From an uncultured Saprospiraceae bacterium (GTDB lineage: Bacteria > Bacteroidota > Bacteroidia > Chitinophagales > Saprospiraceae), in assembly GCA_937995755.1 (NCBI GenBank), contig CALKJD010000043.1, positions 2,375-66,374 on the forward strand: DNA of 64,000 bases, in the 5' to 3' direction. The translations under genes were made by a program, and so were the position numbers. Under the pieces are notes generated by a model. That model searched no databases, was not told the origin of the DNA, and saw only the letters and a program-made list of their open reading frames with translations. Positions 45,791-55,956 of this stretch are shown here, piece by piece. Numbering within the stretch: the first letter of the stretch is position 1; each line of letters opens with the position of its first letter.

Positions 45791-47662
45791 ATGCAATATC
45801 TATTACTCGAAAATATCAACAAGTCATTCGGTGAGAAGGTGTTATTTGATGATATCAACCTTTCTATAACCAAAGGTGATAAGATAGCCTTGATAGCTAA
45901 GAATGGGAGTGGAAAAACTACACTTCTTAAGGTAATAGCTGGTACAGAAGGTATAGAAGGTGAACACGCAAAAATTCAAACAGCTAAAGGTATAGAGATT
46001 GCCTATCTAGAGCAAGCACCATACTTTCATCCAGAGGCTACTGTCCTTGAAGCCGTATTGGAGTCTGATCATCCATCTATACAAGCCATCCGCGTATATG
46101 AGGAGGCGATGCAATCAGGTGACAATGCTGCCCTTGAGGAAGCGATTGTAAAGATTGAAGACCTCAAGGCCTGGGATATAGAACATCGAATGAGAGAAAT
46201 CCTCTCTAAACTTAATATTACAGATCTCAAGCAAAAAGTAGGTCAGCTTTCAGGTGGTCAAAAAAAACGTATAGCATTAGCTAAGATCATATTGAAAGAT
46301 CCAGACTTTTTAATTCTTGATGAGCCAACCAATCACTTGGATATAGATATGATAGAATGGTTGGAAAGTTATCTTAAATCAAGTCAGTTGACCATTTTTA
46401 TGGTAACTCACGACAGGTATTTTTTGGAGAGAGTATGTAACACTATCATAGAACTGGATAGAGGTAATATCTATCCGTATAAAGGCAACTATACTAATTA
46501 TTTGGAGAAGAAAGATGCACGTATGGCCAATGAGTCTGTGGTGCTTGATAAAACTCAAAAGTTATTTAAAAAGGAATTGCAATGGATCCGACGACAGCCT
46601 AAAGCAAGAGGAACCAAAGCCAAATCAAGAATAGATGATTTTCAAGAAATAAAACATAAGGCACACCAGAAGTTGGACGATGACGAAATGACTATTCAAA
46701 TCAAATCCACTCGAATGGGCTCGAAAATATTGGAAGCTCATGGACTGACAAAGTCGTTCGGTGATAAGCATATCATAAAGTCTTTTAATTATAAATTTAA
46801 GAAAGGAGAACGTGTTGGTATAGTAGGTCCCAATGGAGCAGGAAAGTCTACTGTACTTAAACTACTTACTGGAGAATTACAGCCTGACGGAGGAAAAGTA
46901 GTAGTAGGAGACACTATTGTTTTTGGATACTATACTCAATCAGGAATCAACCTAAAAGAAGATAGACGTGTAATAGATGCAGTGCGAGATATTGCTGAGT
47001 ATATTCCGCTAGAGAAAGGACAGAAACTTACTGCTGAATCATTGTTGGAAAAATTTCTATTTCCTAGATCGCAACAAAGAGTATATGTATCGCAACTTAG
47101 TGGGGGAGAACGCAGAAGATTATATCTACTAACGATTTTAATGGCCAACCCTAACTTCTTAATCCTTGATGAGCCTACTAATGATCTCGATGTACTGACC
47201 TTAAATGTTCTAGAGAATTTCTTAATGGATTTTCCAGGGTGTTTGATTATAGTTTCTCACGATAGATATTTTACCGATAAGTTAGTTGAGCATCTATTTA
47301 TCTTAGATGGTGAAGGTGGAGTAAAAGATTATAATGGAAACTATTCAAGATACCGCGAGGAAAAATTAATAGAAGTACGTGAGCAACAACGTGTAGATAG
47401 AGAGAAACGCAAAGCAGAAGAATCCAAAGTAAATACTGTTGAACAAGCGGCTAAGCAACTCAGTCATGAAGAACGTAAAGCAGTAAAGAGACTTGAAAAA
47501 GCAATAGAAAAATTAGAGGAAAGAAAAGAAACGATTACCCTCAAATTTGCAGATGCCAATATTACTCCAGATCAGATTGCTGAAATGTCTAAAGAGTTGT
47601 CGGAAATAAAATCTCAGATAGAAGAGAAAGAAGAGGAGTGGTTTATGCTTTCTGATTCATAA
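45791..47662 (+). CDS. ABC-F family ATPase (two ABC domains, no TM; Uup/EttA-like)
   Basis: 623 aa with two Walker A motifs (AKNGSGKTT, GPNGAGKST), two LSGG signatures and a charged coiled-coil C-terminus. Confidence 0.9.
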   Translation: MQYLLLENINKSFGEKVLFDDINLSITKGDKIALIAKNGSGKTTLLKVIAGTEGIEGEHAKIQTAKGIEIAYLEQAPYFHPEATVLEAVLESDHPSIQAIRVYEEAMQSGDNAALEEAIVKIEDLKAWDIEHRMREILSKLNITDLKQKVGQLSGGQKKRIALAKIILKDPDFLILDEPTNHLDIDMIEWLESYLKSSQLTIFMVTHDRYFLERVCNTIIELDRGNIYPYKGNYTNYLEKKDARMANESVVLDKTQKLFKKELQWIRRQPKARGTKAKSRIDDFQEIKHKAHQKLDDDEMTIQIKSTRMGSKILEAHGLTKSFGDKHIIKSFNYKFKKGERVGIVGPNGAGKSTVLKLLTGELQPDGGKVVVGDTIVFGYYTQSGINLKEDRRVIDAVRDIAEYIPLEKGQKLTAESLLEKFLFPRSQQRVYVSQLSGGERRRLYLLTILMANPNFLILDEPTNDLDVLTLNVLENFLMDFPGCLIIVSHDRYFTDKLVEHLFILDGEGGVKDYNGNYSRYREEKLIEVREQQRVDREKRKAEESKVNTVEQAAKQLSHEERKAVKRLEKAIEKLEERKETITLKFADANITPDQIAEMSKELSEIKSQIEEKEEEWFMLSDS

Positions 47663-47818
47663 AATCCCCTTAGTTTTTGAGGATAAATATCGTGTGGCAT
47701 ATTATAGAATAGTGGGCTAGTTTAACTATTTCTTTCGGACAAAATATTTAATGAGGTTCACTTAGATAAGGAGACTGTAATTTGTTTTTAATTTATTTGC
47801 TACCTGTAATTATTCGAC

Positions 47819-47835
47819 TTGCAATCTCATTGCAA
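47819..47835. promoter_or_regulatory. Perfect 7-3-7 palindrome TTGCAATctcATTGCAA, candidate operator at the ATPase promoter
   Basis: Read directly from the sequence. It lies 11 nt upstream of a TAnnTTTG match (TACCTTTG, 47847-47854) and 39 nt upstream of the ATPase ATG. Confidence 0.4.
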
Positions 47836-47873
47836 TATGTTACTATTACCTTTGCTGAAAATACGTAACAACT

Positions 47874-49904
47874 ATGGCTCCATCTCAAAATTCTAAGCAT
47901 AAGCATGATGTGCAAGGTGAAATTACTTGTTGTTCACTTGAAGAAAAAATAGACAAAAAAACAGCACCGCCAAATTTAGTTGATTCAGAACACGTTGGTC
48001 ATAGTCATAGTGATCATTCAGATCATGAAGGAGATGGTGAGCACAATCATGAGGATCTTGGTGTATGGCCAGCGGCCATTAGTTTGGTATTGCTTCTTTG
48101 TGGATTGGCTTTAGATCATGTTGTAGAAAATATTTTTTTTAGTGGATGGGTGCGAGTAGTTTGGTATGCGGTAGCATATATTCCAGTAGCGTATGCTGTA
48201 ATAAGAGAGGCGATAGAAGCGCTTGTCAAAGGTGAAGTATTTACTGAGTTTTTGTTAATGACGATAGCTACTATCGGTGCATTTGCTATCGGTGAATATC
48301 CAGAAGGTGTAGCGGTTATGTTATTCTATGCAGTGGGTGAATTGTTTCAAATAACAGCCGTAAAAAGAGCGAAAAAGAATATTAAAACATTACTTGACGT
48401 AAGGCCTAGGATAGCCCACGTTTATAGAGAAAGTACTTATAGTGATATAATGCCTGAGCAAGTAAACGTAGGTGAAACTATTCAAGTAAAAGTAGGAGAG
48501 AAAATACCATTAGATGGAACACTGATATCAACTTTTGCAAGTCTTAATACTGCGGCCATAACTGGAGAGAGTAAGCCAAGTAGTATGCGCAAAGGTGATA
48601 AGGTGCTAGCAGGATCGATTAATCTTGATTCAGTTATAGAAGTGAAGGTAGAGAAAGAGTATAACGATAGTAGTATTTCCAAGATATTGGATCTAGTTCA
48701 AAATGCTACTTCAAAAAAAGCCAAGACTGAATTATTGATAAGAAGATTGGCGAAAATATATACACCTATAGTGGTCTATATTGCTATTGCAGTATTGATA
48801 TTACCTTACTTTTTTGTTGTCGATTACGTGTTTTCAGATTGGCTATATAGAGCTCTTATATTTTTAGTTATTTCCTGTCCATGTGCTTTGGTGATATCTA
48901 TTCCATTGGGATATTTTGGTGGCCTAGGTGCAGCATCTAGAAATGGAATTTTATTTAAAGGTGCTACCTATCTAGATCAGATTACTAAGATCAATACATT
49001 GGTGATGGATAAGACGGGTACTGTAACTCAAGGTGTATTTAACATCAAGGATATTTACACAGAGATTGGTGTAGATGAAAAAGAAATGATGGAAATACTG
49101 ATAGCTCTTGAAAGTAATTCTACGCATCCTATTGCGAAAGCGATTATGAGTTATACAGAAACCAAGAAGTATGCGCTTGATGTAAAGGAAATAGCAGGGA
49201 AAGGCCTAATAGGGTTTATAGACGGTAAAGAAGTTGCTGCAGGTAATAAACGATTAATGGATCAACTCAATATTACGGTAAACGCACCTCTGAATGATAT
49301 TGTGGAGAGTATGGTGTTAGTTTCTGTAAACAGCAAATTTGTTGGCTATGTAACAATTGCTGATGAACTCAAGCCTGATGCAAAACAATTTGTATCAGCA
49401 CTTCCTAAATATGGAATTAAGGAGTTTGTGATGTTGTCTGGAGATAAAAATTCGATCACTCAAAAAGTCGCTAAAGAATTGGGGATTGAAATTGCTCTAG
49501 GTGGTCTAATGCCAGAAGATAAACTTAATGAAGTCCAAGAATTAAAAAAAGACAAGAGTAAGCGTATAGCGTTTGTTGGTGATGGAATAAATGATGCACC
49601 AGTATTAGCTGCAAGTGATATAGGTATCGCTATGGGAGCTATGGGTAGCGATGTAGCTATAGAGACGGCTGATATTATCATTCAAAATGATGAGCCATCT
49701 AAAATCCTTACAGCTATTACTATTGGGAAAGATACTCAATTGATAATCTGGCAAAACATCTGGTTAGCCATGGGTGTAAAAATTATTGTTCTGATACTTG
49801 GTGCTATAGGTTTAGCAACTATGTGGGAGGCAGTATTTGCTGACGTAGGAGTAGCATTATTAGCAATCTTAAATGCAATAAGAATTCAAAGAAAAAAGTA
49901 CTAG
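47874..49904 (+). CDS. Heavy-metal translocating P1B-type ATPase (Zn/Cd/Co-like)
   Basis: 676 aa with a His-rich N-terminus (HSHSDHSDHEGDGEHNHED). It has the TM CPC motif (SCPCAL), DKTGT, STHPIA and GDGINDAP. Confidence 0.9.
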   Translation: MAPSQNSKHKHDVQGEITCCSLEEKIDKKTAPPNLVDSEHVGHSHSDHSDHEGDGEHNHEDLGVWPAAISLVLLLCGLALDHVVENIFFSGWVRVVWYAVAYIPVAYAVIREAIEALVKGEVFTEFLLMTIATIGAFAIGEYPEGVAVMLFYAVGELFQITAVKRAKKNIKTLLDVRPRIAHVYRESTYSDIMPEQVNVGETIQVKVGEKIPLDGTLISTFASLNTAAITGESKPSSMRKGDKVLAGSINLDSVIEVKVEKEYNDSSISKILDLVQNATSKKAKTELLIRRLAKIYTPIVVYIAIAVLILPYFFVVDYVFSDWLYRALIFLVISCPCALVISIPLGYFGGLGAASRNGILFKGATYLDQITKINTLVMDKTGTVTQGVFNIKDIYTEIGVDEKEMMEILIALESNSTHPIAKAIMSYTETKKYALDVKEIAGKGLIGFIDGKEVAAGNKRLMDQLNITVNAPLNDIVESMVLVSVNSKFVGYVTIADELKPDAKQFVSALPKYGIKEFVMLSGDKNSITQKVAKELGIEIALGGLMPEDKLNEVQELKKDKSKRIAFVGDGINDAPVLAASDIGIAMGAMGSDVAIETADIIIQNDEPSKILTAITIGKDTQLIIWQNIWLAMGVKIIVLILGAIGLATMWEAVFADVGVALLAILNAIRIQRKKY

Positions 49905-49945
49905 TAACAGAAGTGATATAATATCCTATTGGATAGGTATGAAAT

Positions 49946-49984
49946 AAAAATAGCGATGAGTCAATTGATTCATCGCTATTTTTG
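49946..49984. terminator. Bidirectional intrinsic terminator (ATPase / parC convergent)
   Basis: 12-bp stem: aaatagcgatga (49948-49959) pairs with tcatcgctattt (49970-49981). A-runs and T-runs flank it. Confidence 0.8.
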
Positions 49985-50003
49985 TTATTGTATTAATAAT
50001 GAT

Positions 50004-52607
50004 TTATAGATCTAGTTCAATAGTATCTCCTGTTGAAATTTCATCGTCCTTATCATTACTTATTTTAGCTACATCTTCTTTTTCATCTACTTTCATATCA
50101 TCATGTACTTGGGTAACTTTCAGCACTTTGTGATCTATCAATCTATTGCCAAGAGCTTTCCAACCTTTCACATCAATAAAGTCTACGAAGTCAAGAGTGT
50201 CTTCATGTTTTTCTCCTCCAGTTTTGTAACTGTATTTGATTATTGGATTAGGGTGTGCACTGGCGTAATATAGTTTCGAACCATCAGCTTCAGAGATGAA
50301 TGAATATTTGGTGTCTAGTTTCGAAGTTTCAATATTAAATCTTTTTACCATGGTACGACCTTTATCTGCATCATAATGCAATGCAGAAATAACATCGCCA
50401 GTACGATATCTAAATACTTTTAAGATACTGTTGTGATCGTACTTTTTATCAACGAGTAGATCTGATAATTCGTAGCTACCATCTTTGTGTATTGCTATTA
50501 GTTGATCACCATCGTCGAAGGCACCTAGATAGCGTCCTCTCTCAGCAGTATTTACTCTTCCACTAACGTCATCTACCCATACATCAACTGCAGCTAATGA
50601 TGAACTTCCAACGGATGTCTGAGTGATTTTTTTTACAGGATATTTAGTGACAATGTTCCCCCCAGACGCACGTCCTTTAATTCCAATTTCACCAAAATCA
50701 AAGTCGAAATTTTTCTTCTTTGCACTTGAACTTTGGGAGAGTTGAATATTGACGACTTCACCTTCGCCATTAGGATTGACAGTAAAGTATAGTACCTTGG
50801 ATCCTTTAGCACCTTTGGTAAGGTCGTACTCTTTCTCTCGAGTTATTGACTTTACATTAAATCTTTTAGCCATAGATCTACCAGTTTTGGCGTCTATGTA
50901 TATTAGATTGTAAGTGGTTCGTTCATCACCTTTTTTCCATACTGCCGCATGAATAATATTTTTACCAACGAATACTTTATCAGAGATACGCACCACTTTG
51001 AATGTGCCATCTTTCATGAAAGCAATAACATCATCTATATCTGAGCATTCTGAAATGAATTCATCTTTTTTCATTCCTGTGCCCACAAAGCCTTCTTTAT
51101 AGTCGACATAGAGCTTTGCATTATTCATTACTACCTTACGAATCTTGATTGTCTCAAAGGATGAGATGATGGTCCGACGCTCTTTTCCTTCGCCATACTT
51201 CGCTAGTAATCTTTCAAAGTATGCTATAGTATATTCCGTTAGGTGTGCAAGATGATGTTTTACCTCTTTGACATCTTCTTCTATTTTAGAAATCAGTTCA
51301 TCTGCTTTAAATGAATTGTACTTAGATATTCTTTTAATCTTTATCTCAGTCAACTTAGTGATATCTTCAGTAGTGATATCTCTAATCATCATCTTCCTCT
51401 TGTCACCTTTCTTGAGTGGATCAGAAGGTGTAGCAACATATTTTTTCAGTCCGACATCTATTGTTTCGATTACCGCTTCCCATGTTTCACACTCTTCTAT
51501 ATCGCGATAAATACGATTTTCTATAAAGATCTTTTCGAGGCTGGACATGTGCCACTTTTCCTCTAGTTCTGCAAGCTTAATTTTAAGTTCAAGCCCTAAT
51601 AGTTGCTTGGTTTGCTCAGTAGATATTTTGAGTATATCATTTACTGTAAGGAACATTGGTTTGTTATCAACGATCACACAAGCGTTAGGCGATATAGATA
51701 CTTCGCAACTAGTCGCCGCGTATAATGCATCTATAGTCATGTCTGGTGATACACCAGAAGCAAGGTTAAGTTGAATCTCTACATCTTTGGCAGTGTTGTC
51801 TATTACCTTTTTGATCTTGATCTGTCCTTTATCATTTGCTTTTAGGATAGAATCTATTATCGTATTAGTAGTAACACCATATGGTAATTCTGTGATTCGT
51901 AAAGTATTTTTATCTACCTGTTCTATTTTGGCCCTTACTTTAATTTTGCCACCTCTCTTACCTCCATTATAGTCGGCTACATCTACCATTCCACCGGTCT
52001 GGAAGTCAGGATATATTTTTACAGGTTTGCCTTCTAGTATTTTGATAGATGCCTTTATAATTTCAATGAAATTGTGAGGCATGATCTTCGTTGACAAACC
52101 TACGGCAATACCCTCTACGCCTTGAGCCAGTACCAAAGGAAACTTAGCAGGTAATGTTATAGGCTCATTTTTACGTCCATCATAAGATAGTTGCCAATCT
52201 GTAGTCTGAGGATTAAACAGCACGTCGAGGGCAAACTTTGTTAATCTAGCTTCTATATATCTAGCTGCGGCAGCGCTATCCCCAGTTCGTATATCACCCC
52301 AGTTACCTTGACAATCTATGAGTAAGTCCTTTTGTCCCAGATTTACTAATGCTGCACCTATGGCCGCATCACCGTGCGGGTGATATTGCATGGTCTGCCC
52401 TATGATATTGGCTACCTTATGAAATCTTCCATCATCGATTTGCTTCATGGAGTGTAGTATCCTTCGCTGTACAGGTTTTAATCCGTCATCGATATCTGGT
52501 ACTGCACGCTCTAGTATTACATATGAGGCATAGTCCAGAAAGTACTCCTTGTACATACCCTTTAGGGTGATCACTTTATCTTCTTCTTCTATATTGTTCT
52601 CTTCCAT
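50004..52607 (-). CDS. parC: DNA topoisomerase IV subunit A
   Basis: 867 aa. The type IIA A-subunit N-terminus has PDIDDGLKPVQRRIL, YHPHGDAA and AAARYIEARL (catalytic Tyr). These motif variants fit the Bacteroidota ParC type rather than GyrA. Confidence 0.85.
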   Translation of the reverse strand: MEENNIEEEDKVITLKGMYKEYFLDYASYVILERAVPDIDDGLKPVQRRILHSMKQIDDGRFHKVANIIGQTMQYHPHGDAAIGAALVNLGQKDLLIDCQGNWGDIRTGDSAAAARYIEARLTKFALDVLFNPQTTDWQLSYDGRKNEPITLPAKFPLVLAQGVEGIAVGLSTKIMPHNFIEIIKASIKILEGKPVKIYPDFQTGGMVDVADYNGGKRGGKIKVRAKIEQVDKNTLRITELPYGVTTNTIIDSILKANDKGQIKIKKVIDNTAKDVEIQLNLASGVSPDMTIDALYAATSCEVSISPNACVIVDNKPMFLTVNDILKISTEQTKQLLGLELKIKLAELEEKWHMSSLEKIFIENRIYRDIEECETWEAVIETIDVGLKKYVATPSDPLKKGDKRKMMIRDITTEDITKLTEIKIKRISKYNSFKADELISKIEEDVKEVKHHLAHLTEYTIAYFERLLAKYGEGKERRTIISSFETIKIRKVVMNNAKLYVDYKEGFVGTGMKKDEFISECSDIDDVIAFMKDGTFKVVRISDKVFVGKNIIHAAVWKKGDERTTYNLIYIDAKTGRSMAKRFNVKSITREKEYDLTKGAKGSKVLYFTVNPNGEGEVVNIQLSQSSSAKKKNFDFDFGEIGIKGRASGGNIVTKYPVKKITQTSVGSSSLAAVDVWVDDVSGRVNTAERGRYLGAFDDGDQLIAIHKDGSYELSDLLVDKKYDHNSILKVFRYRTGDVISALHYDADKGRTMVKRFNIETSKLDTKYSFISEADGSKLYYASAHPNPIIKYSYKTGGEKHEDTLDFVDFIDVKGWKALGNRLIDHKVLKVTQVHDDMKVDEKEDVAKISNDKDDEISTGDTIELDL

Positions 52608-52952
52608 AGTGTATTATTGCAATCTACAAAGATATATTAATGAATTATCAATAGCGTATTTGTTTGGCAGTTAATTGGTTAACTGAGAAAATTATTTGAT
52701 TTAGGCTCTATGTAAATTTAAACCTAATGTGTGGTTTAATATGTGATCTAATGCTAGGTGTTATTGAAAATCAACATTTATCCAACCCAATTTCATCAAT
52801 GCATAACGGTATTATACCGAAGTAATTGATGTAACTCCCAACCAATTTGATATAAGCATCAATTGACTAGATCGAGTATTGGCCAGTCGCTAGATGCAAG
52901 GTATTTTCTACGAAAGCCAAGTGTCTGTATTTACGGTTTATGAATAAGCGCG

Positions 52953-53567
52953 TTAAAACTGCTGAGCATGTACATAGCAATCAACTCCGTTGCGTTTTAG
53001 TTCGTTTGATACTTTGAGGGCGGCCTCATATGTAGAGTATCTAGAAGCGACTACAGAGTGATACTGTGATAGGTCAAATACGACTAATTCAGAATTATCA
53101 TATCCGAGTTTTGATAATCTCTTTTGCATATCCTTAGCGTTATCTTTAATCAAGAAACTACCAGCAATTACCATATACTTTCCGTTAGAATTTCCTTTAG
53201 ATACAGTTGGTTTATTACTAGTAGAAGGTTGAGGCTGAGATGGTCTAGTTGTAGACGGCTTTGCAGGTTTAGATTCCTGTTTGTTTAGGTTGTCTTCTAC
53301 AACTTTATCTATTTCTGTATAGTCTATTTTGTCCTCAGAGTCATTTGACATTTCTGAAGGATCTTCATTGGATACATCTTCTGACTCATCTTCAAAGAAG
53401 TCATCTTGATCGTATGTTTCTTCTGAATTTTCAGCTGTACTAGCCGTAGATGTACTTGGTGGTGTCGTTTCTTTATCTGCTCCACAGGATTTCACAATGG
53501 TACTAAGCCATAGGAACAAGAAGAAGAGTACAACGGCGTATATAAGTATTTTGAGTAGTCTGCTCAT
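52953..53567 (-). CDS. SPOR domain-containing membrane protein
   Basis: 204 aa. It has an N-terminal TM helix and an acidic, Ser/Thr/Pro-rich linker. The C-terminal domain of about 75 aa (KYMVIAGSF..KDNA....RL..LGY......) looks like SPOR. Confidence 0.7.
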   Translation of the reverse strand: MSRLLKILIYAVVLFFLFLWLSTIVKSCGADKETTPPSTSTASTAENSEETYDQDDFFEDESEDVSNEDPSEMSNDSEDKIDYTEIDKVVEDNLNKQESKPAKPSTTRPSQPQPSTSNKPTVSKGNSNGKYMVIAGSFLIKDNAKDMQKRLSKLGYDNSELVVFDLSQYHSVVASRYSTYEAALKVSNELKRNGVDCYVHAQQF

Positions 53568-53766
53568 CGTTATTTGTAGTTTTCCAAGTAATTGATGTTA
53601 TCAACAGCTCTTTGGGGGTAAATAGTTGCAATCTATAAAGATACAAATATAAATAATATGCTATATGTTTCTAAGAGATATGTTTTGTTTTTACCGAAAT
53701 GCATTTGTGTATAGATAGCTTGACCGATATCATACAACCATATTCCTTACCTTAAGACTAAGTGAA

Positions 53767-54915
53767 TTACAACTCCGTCCATTTTTCATTGCTATTTCCA
53801 CTAGCAATCACGGCATAGACGAACTTCATGCCTCTCACTCCATCATCGACAGTAGGGAAGTCCATGTATTTATCTTCTGGCATTTGGCCTTCTATTCTTG
53901 CTTGGATACACATGGCTACGTTGCGATATATATTGGCAAAAGCCTCTAAGTATCCTTCTGGGTGTCCTGCTGGAAGCCTACTATGGTCATTGGTTTGGTC
54001 GTATAGTGTACCGACTCCAGTTCGATAGATTTGAGTGGGTTGGTCTAGCCATTTTACTATAAGAGAATTGGGTTCCATTTGTCTCCAAGCGATACTACCT
54101 TTTTCTCCATATACATTGATATGGAGATCATTTTCTTCTCCTGCACTAATTTGACTGGCATACAATATACCACGCGCTCCATTACTAAATCGAAGTAGTA
54201 CATTACCATCATCATCTAGTTGTCTACCTTTTACAATCGTACTGATGTCAGCACAAAGCTCAGTGATTTGAAGTCCAGTCATGTATTCTGTAAGATTCTC
54301 GGCATGAGTACCTATATCACCCATAGCTCCGGCGATTCCAGATTTACTAGGATCAGTACGCCAGCTTGCTTGTTTTTGATCTGTGGCTTCGACTCTTGTA
54401 GATAACCATCCTTGAGGGTATGCGACTACTACTTTACGAATCTTTCCTATTTCCTGATGAGCGATCATGGCACGTGCCTGCTTCACCATAGGATACCCAG
54501 TGTAATTGTGCGTTAGAGCGAATATTAATCCAGTCTTTTTTACCAATTTTTGCAACTCTTCTGCTTGCTCCATATCAAAGCTTAAAGGCTTATCGCATAT
54601 CACATGAAAGCCATATTCAAGAGCCATTTTCGCTGGTCCATAATGCATATGATTAGGAGTGACGATCGATACAAAATCCATACGTTCGCCTTCTGGCAAT
54701 TCTGCTTCTCTAGTGATCATCTCCATATAATCTCCGTATACTCTATCCGCAGGTAGAAAAAAGTCTTCACCTGAAGCTTTAGATACTTCTGGTCTACTGC
54801 TAAAAGCGCCACAGACTAGTTCTATTTGACCGTCTAATGCCGCTGCCATGCGATGAACTCCACCGATAAATGCACCTCGGCCACCGCCTACCATTCCCAT
54901 TCTTATTTTCCTCAT
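53767..54915 (-). CDS. Gfo/Idh/MocA family oxidoreductase
   Basis: 382 aa with the N-terminal NAD(P) Rossmann motif RMGMVGGGRGAFIG and CDKPL. Size and layout are typical of the family. Confidence 0.8.
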   Translation of the reverse strand: MRKIRMGMVGGGRGAFIGGVHRMAAALDGQIELVCGAFSSRPEVSKASGEDFFLPADRVYGDYMEMITREAELPEGERMDFVSIVTPNHMHYGPAKMALEYGFHVICDKPLSFDMEQAEELQKLVKKTGLIFALTHNYTGYPMVKQARAMIAHQEIGKIRKVVVAYPQGWLSTRVEATDQKQASWRTDPSKSGIAGAMGDIGTHAENLTEYMTGLQITELCADISTIVKGRQLDDDGNVLLRFSNGARGILYASQISAGEENDLHINVYGEKGSIAWRQMEPNSLIVKWLDQPTQIYRTGVGTLYDQTNDHSRLPAGHPEGYLEAFANIYRNVAMCIQARIEGQMPEDKYMDFPTVDDGVRGMKFVYAVIASGNSNEKWTEL

Positions 54916-55099
54916 CTCGCGTGATTGTAGATTTATGTGTTGAAGATATTAATCTTTTAGAGAAAGCTCAAAAGTGATTGCTCTGAGACTACTAAGTTTT
55001 TGAGATTGGTAAACTTAAGGTTGGTGATAAGTTAGTCTATTACGCGAAAGGATTTTAACTTTCCAATTACTATTGAGCTTAGTAGTCTAAAGCTTTATT

Positions 55100-55933
55100 T
55101 TACATTTCTTTTATCAGTACTTCCCAGACTTTTTTAAGTTGATCACCACTCTTATGCGCTACTGCGATGACTTCCTCTAAAGTGGTTTCTGAAATTTCTT
55201 CAGGTGGATAACAAACGTTAGATACGATGGAACACACCAACGTTTTAATTTCAGCATGTTTGGCTACGATTACTTCCGGTACCGTTGACATTCCTACTAC
55301 GTCTGCTCCCATGATATGAAGCATGTTATATTCAGCTGGAGTTTCTAGACTTGGACCTTGCAGACTTACGTATACACCTTCGTGATATGGTATATCGATG
55401 GACTTGGCAGCTACTTTAAATTTGTCTCTCCATGACTGAGTGTAGGCCTCTTTCATATCAGGAAATCTCAATCCAAGGCGATCATCATTCATACCAGTTA
55501 GTGGATGGTCAGGCATCATATTGATATGGTCTTTGATCAGTATAAGTGCGCCTGCTGGATATTCCGCTTTGAGTCCGCCTGCTACATTAGAGATCCATAG
55601 ATTTTTGATGCCTAATGCTTGTACAACCCTTACAGGAAAAGTTACCTCCTTAGCGGTATATCCCTCATAGCAATGGAACCGTCCACTCATCACCATGATA
55701 TTCACTCCATGCCAGGTACCTATTAGTAGATGGCCTTCGTGACCCTCTACGGTACTTTGTGGAAAATTTGGTATTTCACCATAAGGAATTGTATGAAGTA
55801 AGTCGATATCCTCTTTGATACCAGAGAGTCCAGTACCTAGAGTTAGCGCTACTTTGATTTCTCCATCATAGATATTTTTGATGTAAGAGGTAGCAATTTG
55901 TATTTGGTTGTAATATTTATCAGTAGTGGACAT
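55100..55933 (-). CDS. Purine nucleoside phosphorylase (trimeric PNP/MTAP family)
   Basis: 277 aa with LGTGLSG, EGHEGHLLIG, SGRFHCYEGY and GADVVGMSTVPE motifs. Confidence 0.85.
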   Translation of the reverse strand: MSTTDKYYNQIQIATSYIKNIYDGEIKVALTLGTGLSGIKEDIDLLHTIPYGEIPNFPQSTVEGHEGHLLIGTWHGVNIMVMSGRFHCYEGYTAKEVTFPVRVVQALGIKNLWISNVAGGLKAEYPAGALILIKDHINMMPDHPLTGMNDDRLGLRFPDMKEAYTQSWRDKFKVAAKSIDIPYHEGVYVSLQGPSLETPAEYNMLHIMGADVVGMSTVPEVIVAKHAEIKTLVCSIVSNVCYPPEEISETTLEEVIAVAHKSGDQLKKVWEVLIKEM

Positions 55934-55956
55934 ATAGAGTCTTGGTGATTTTTAAG

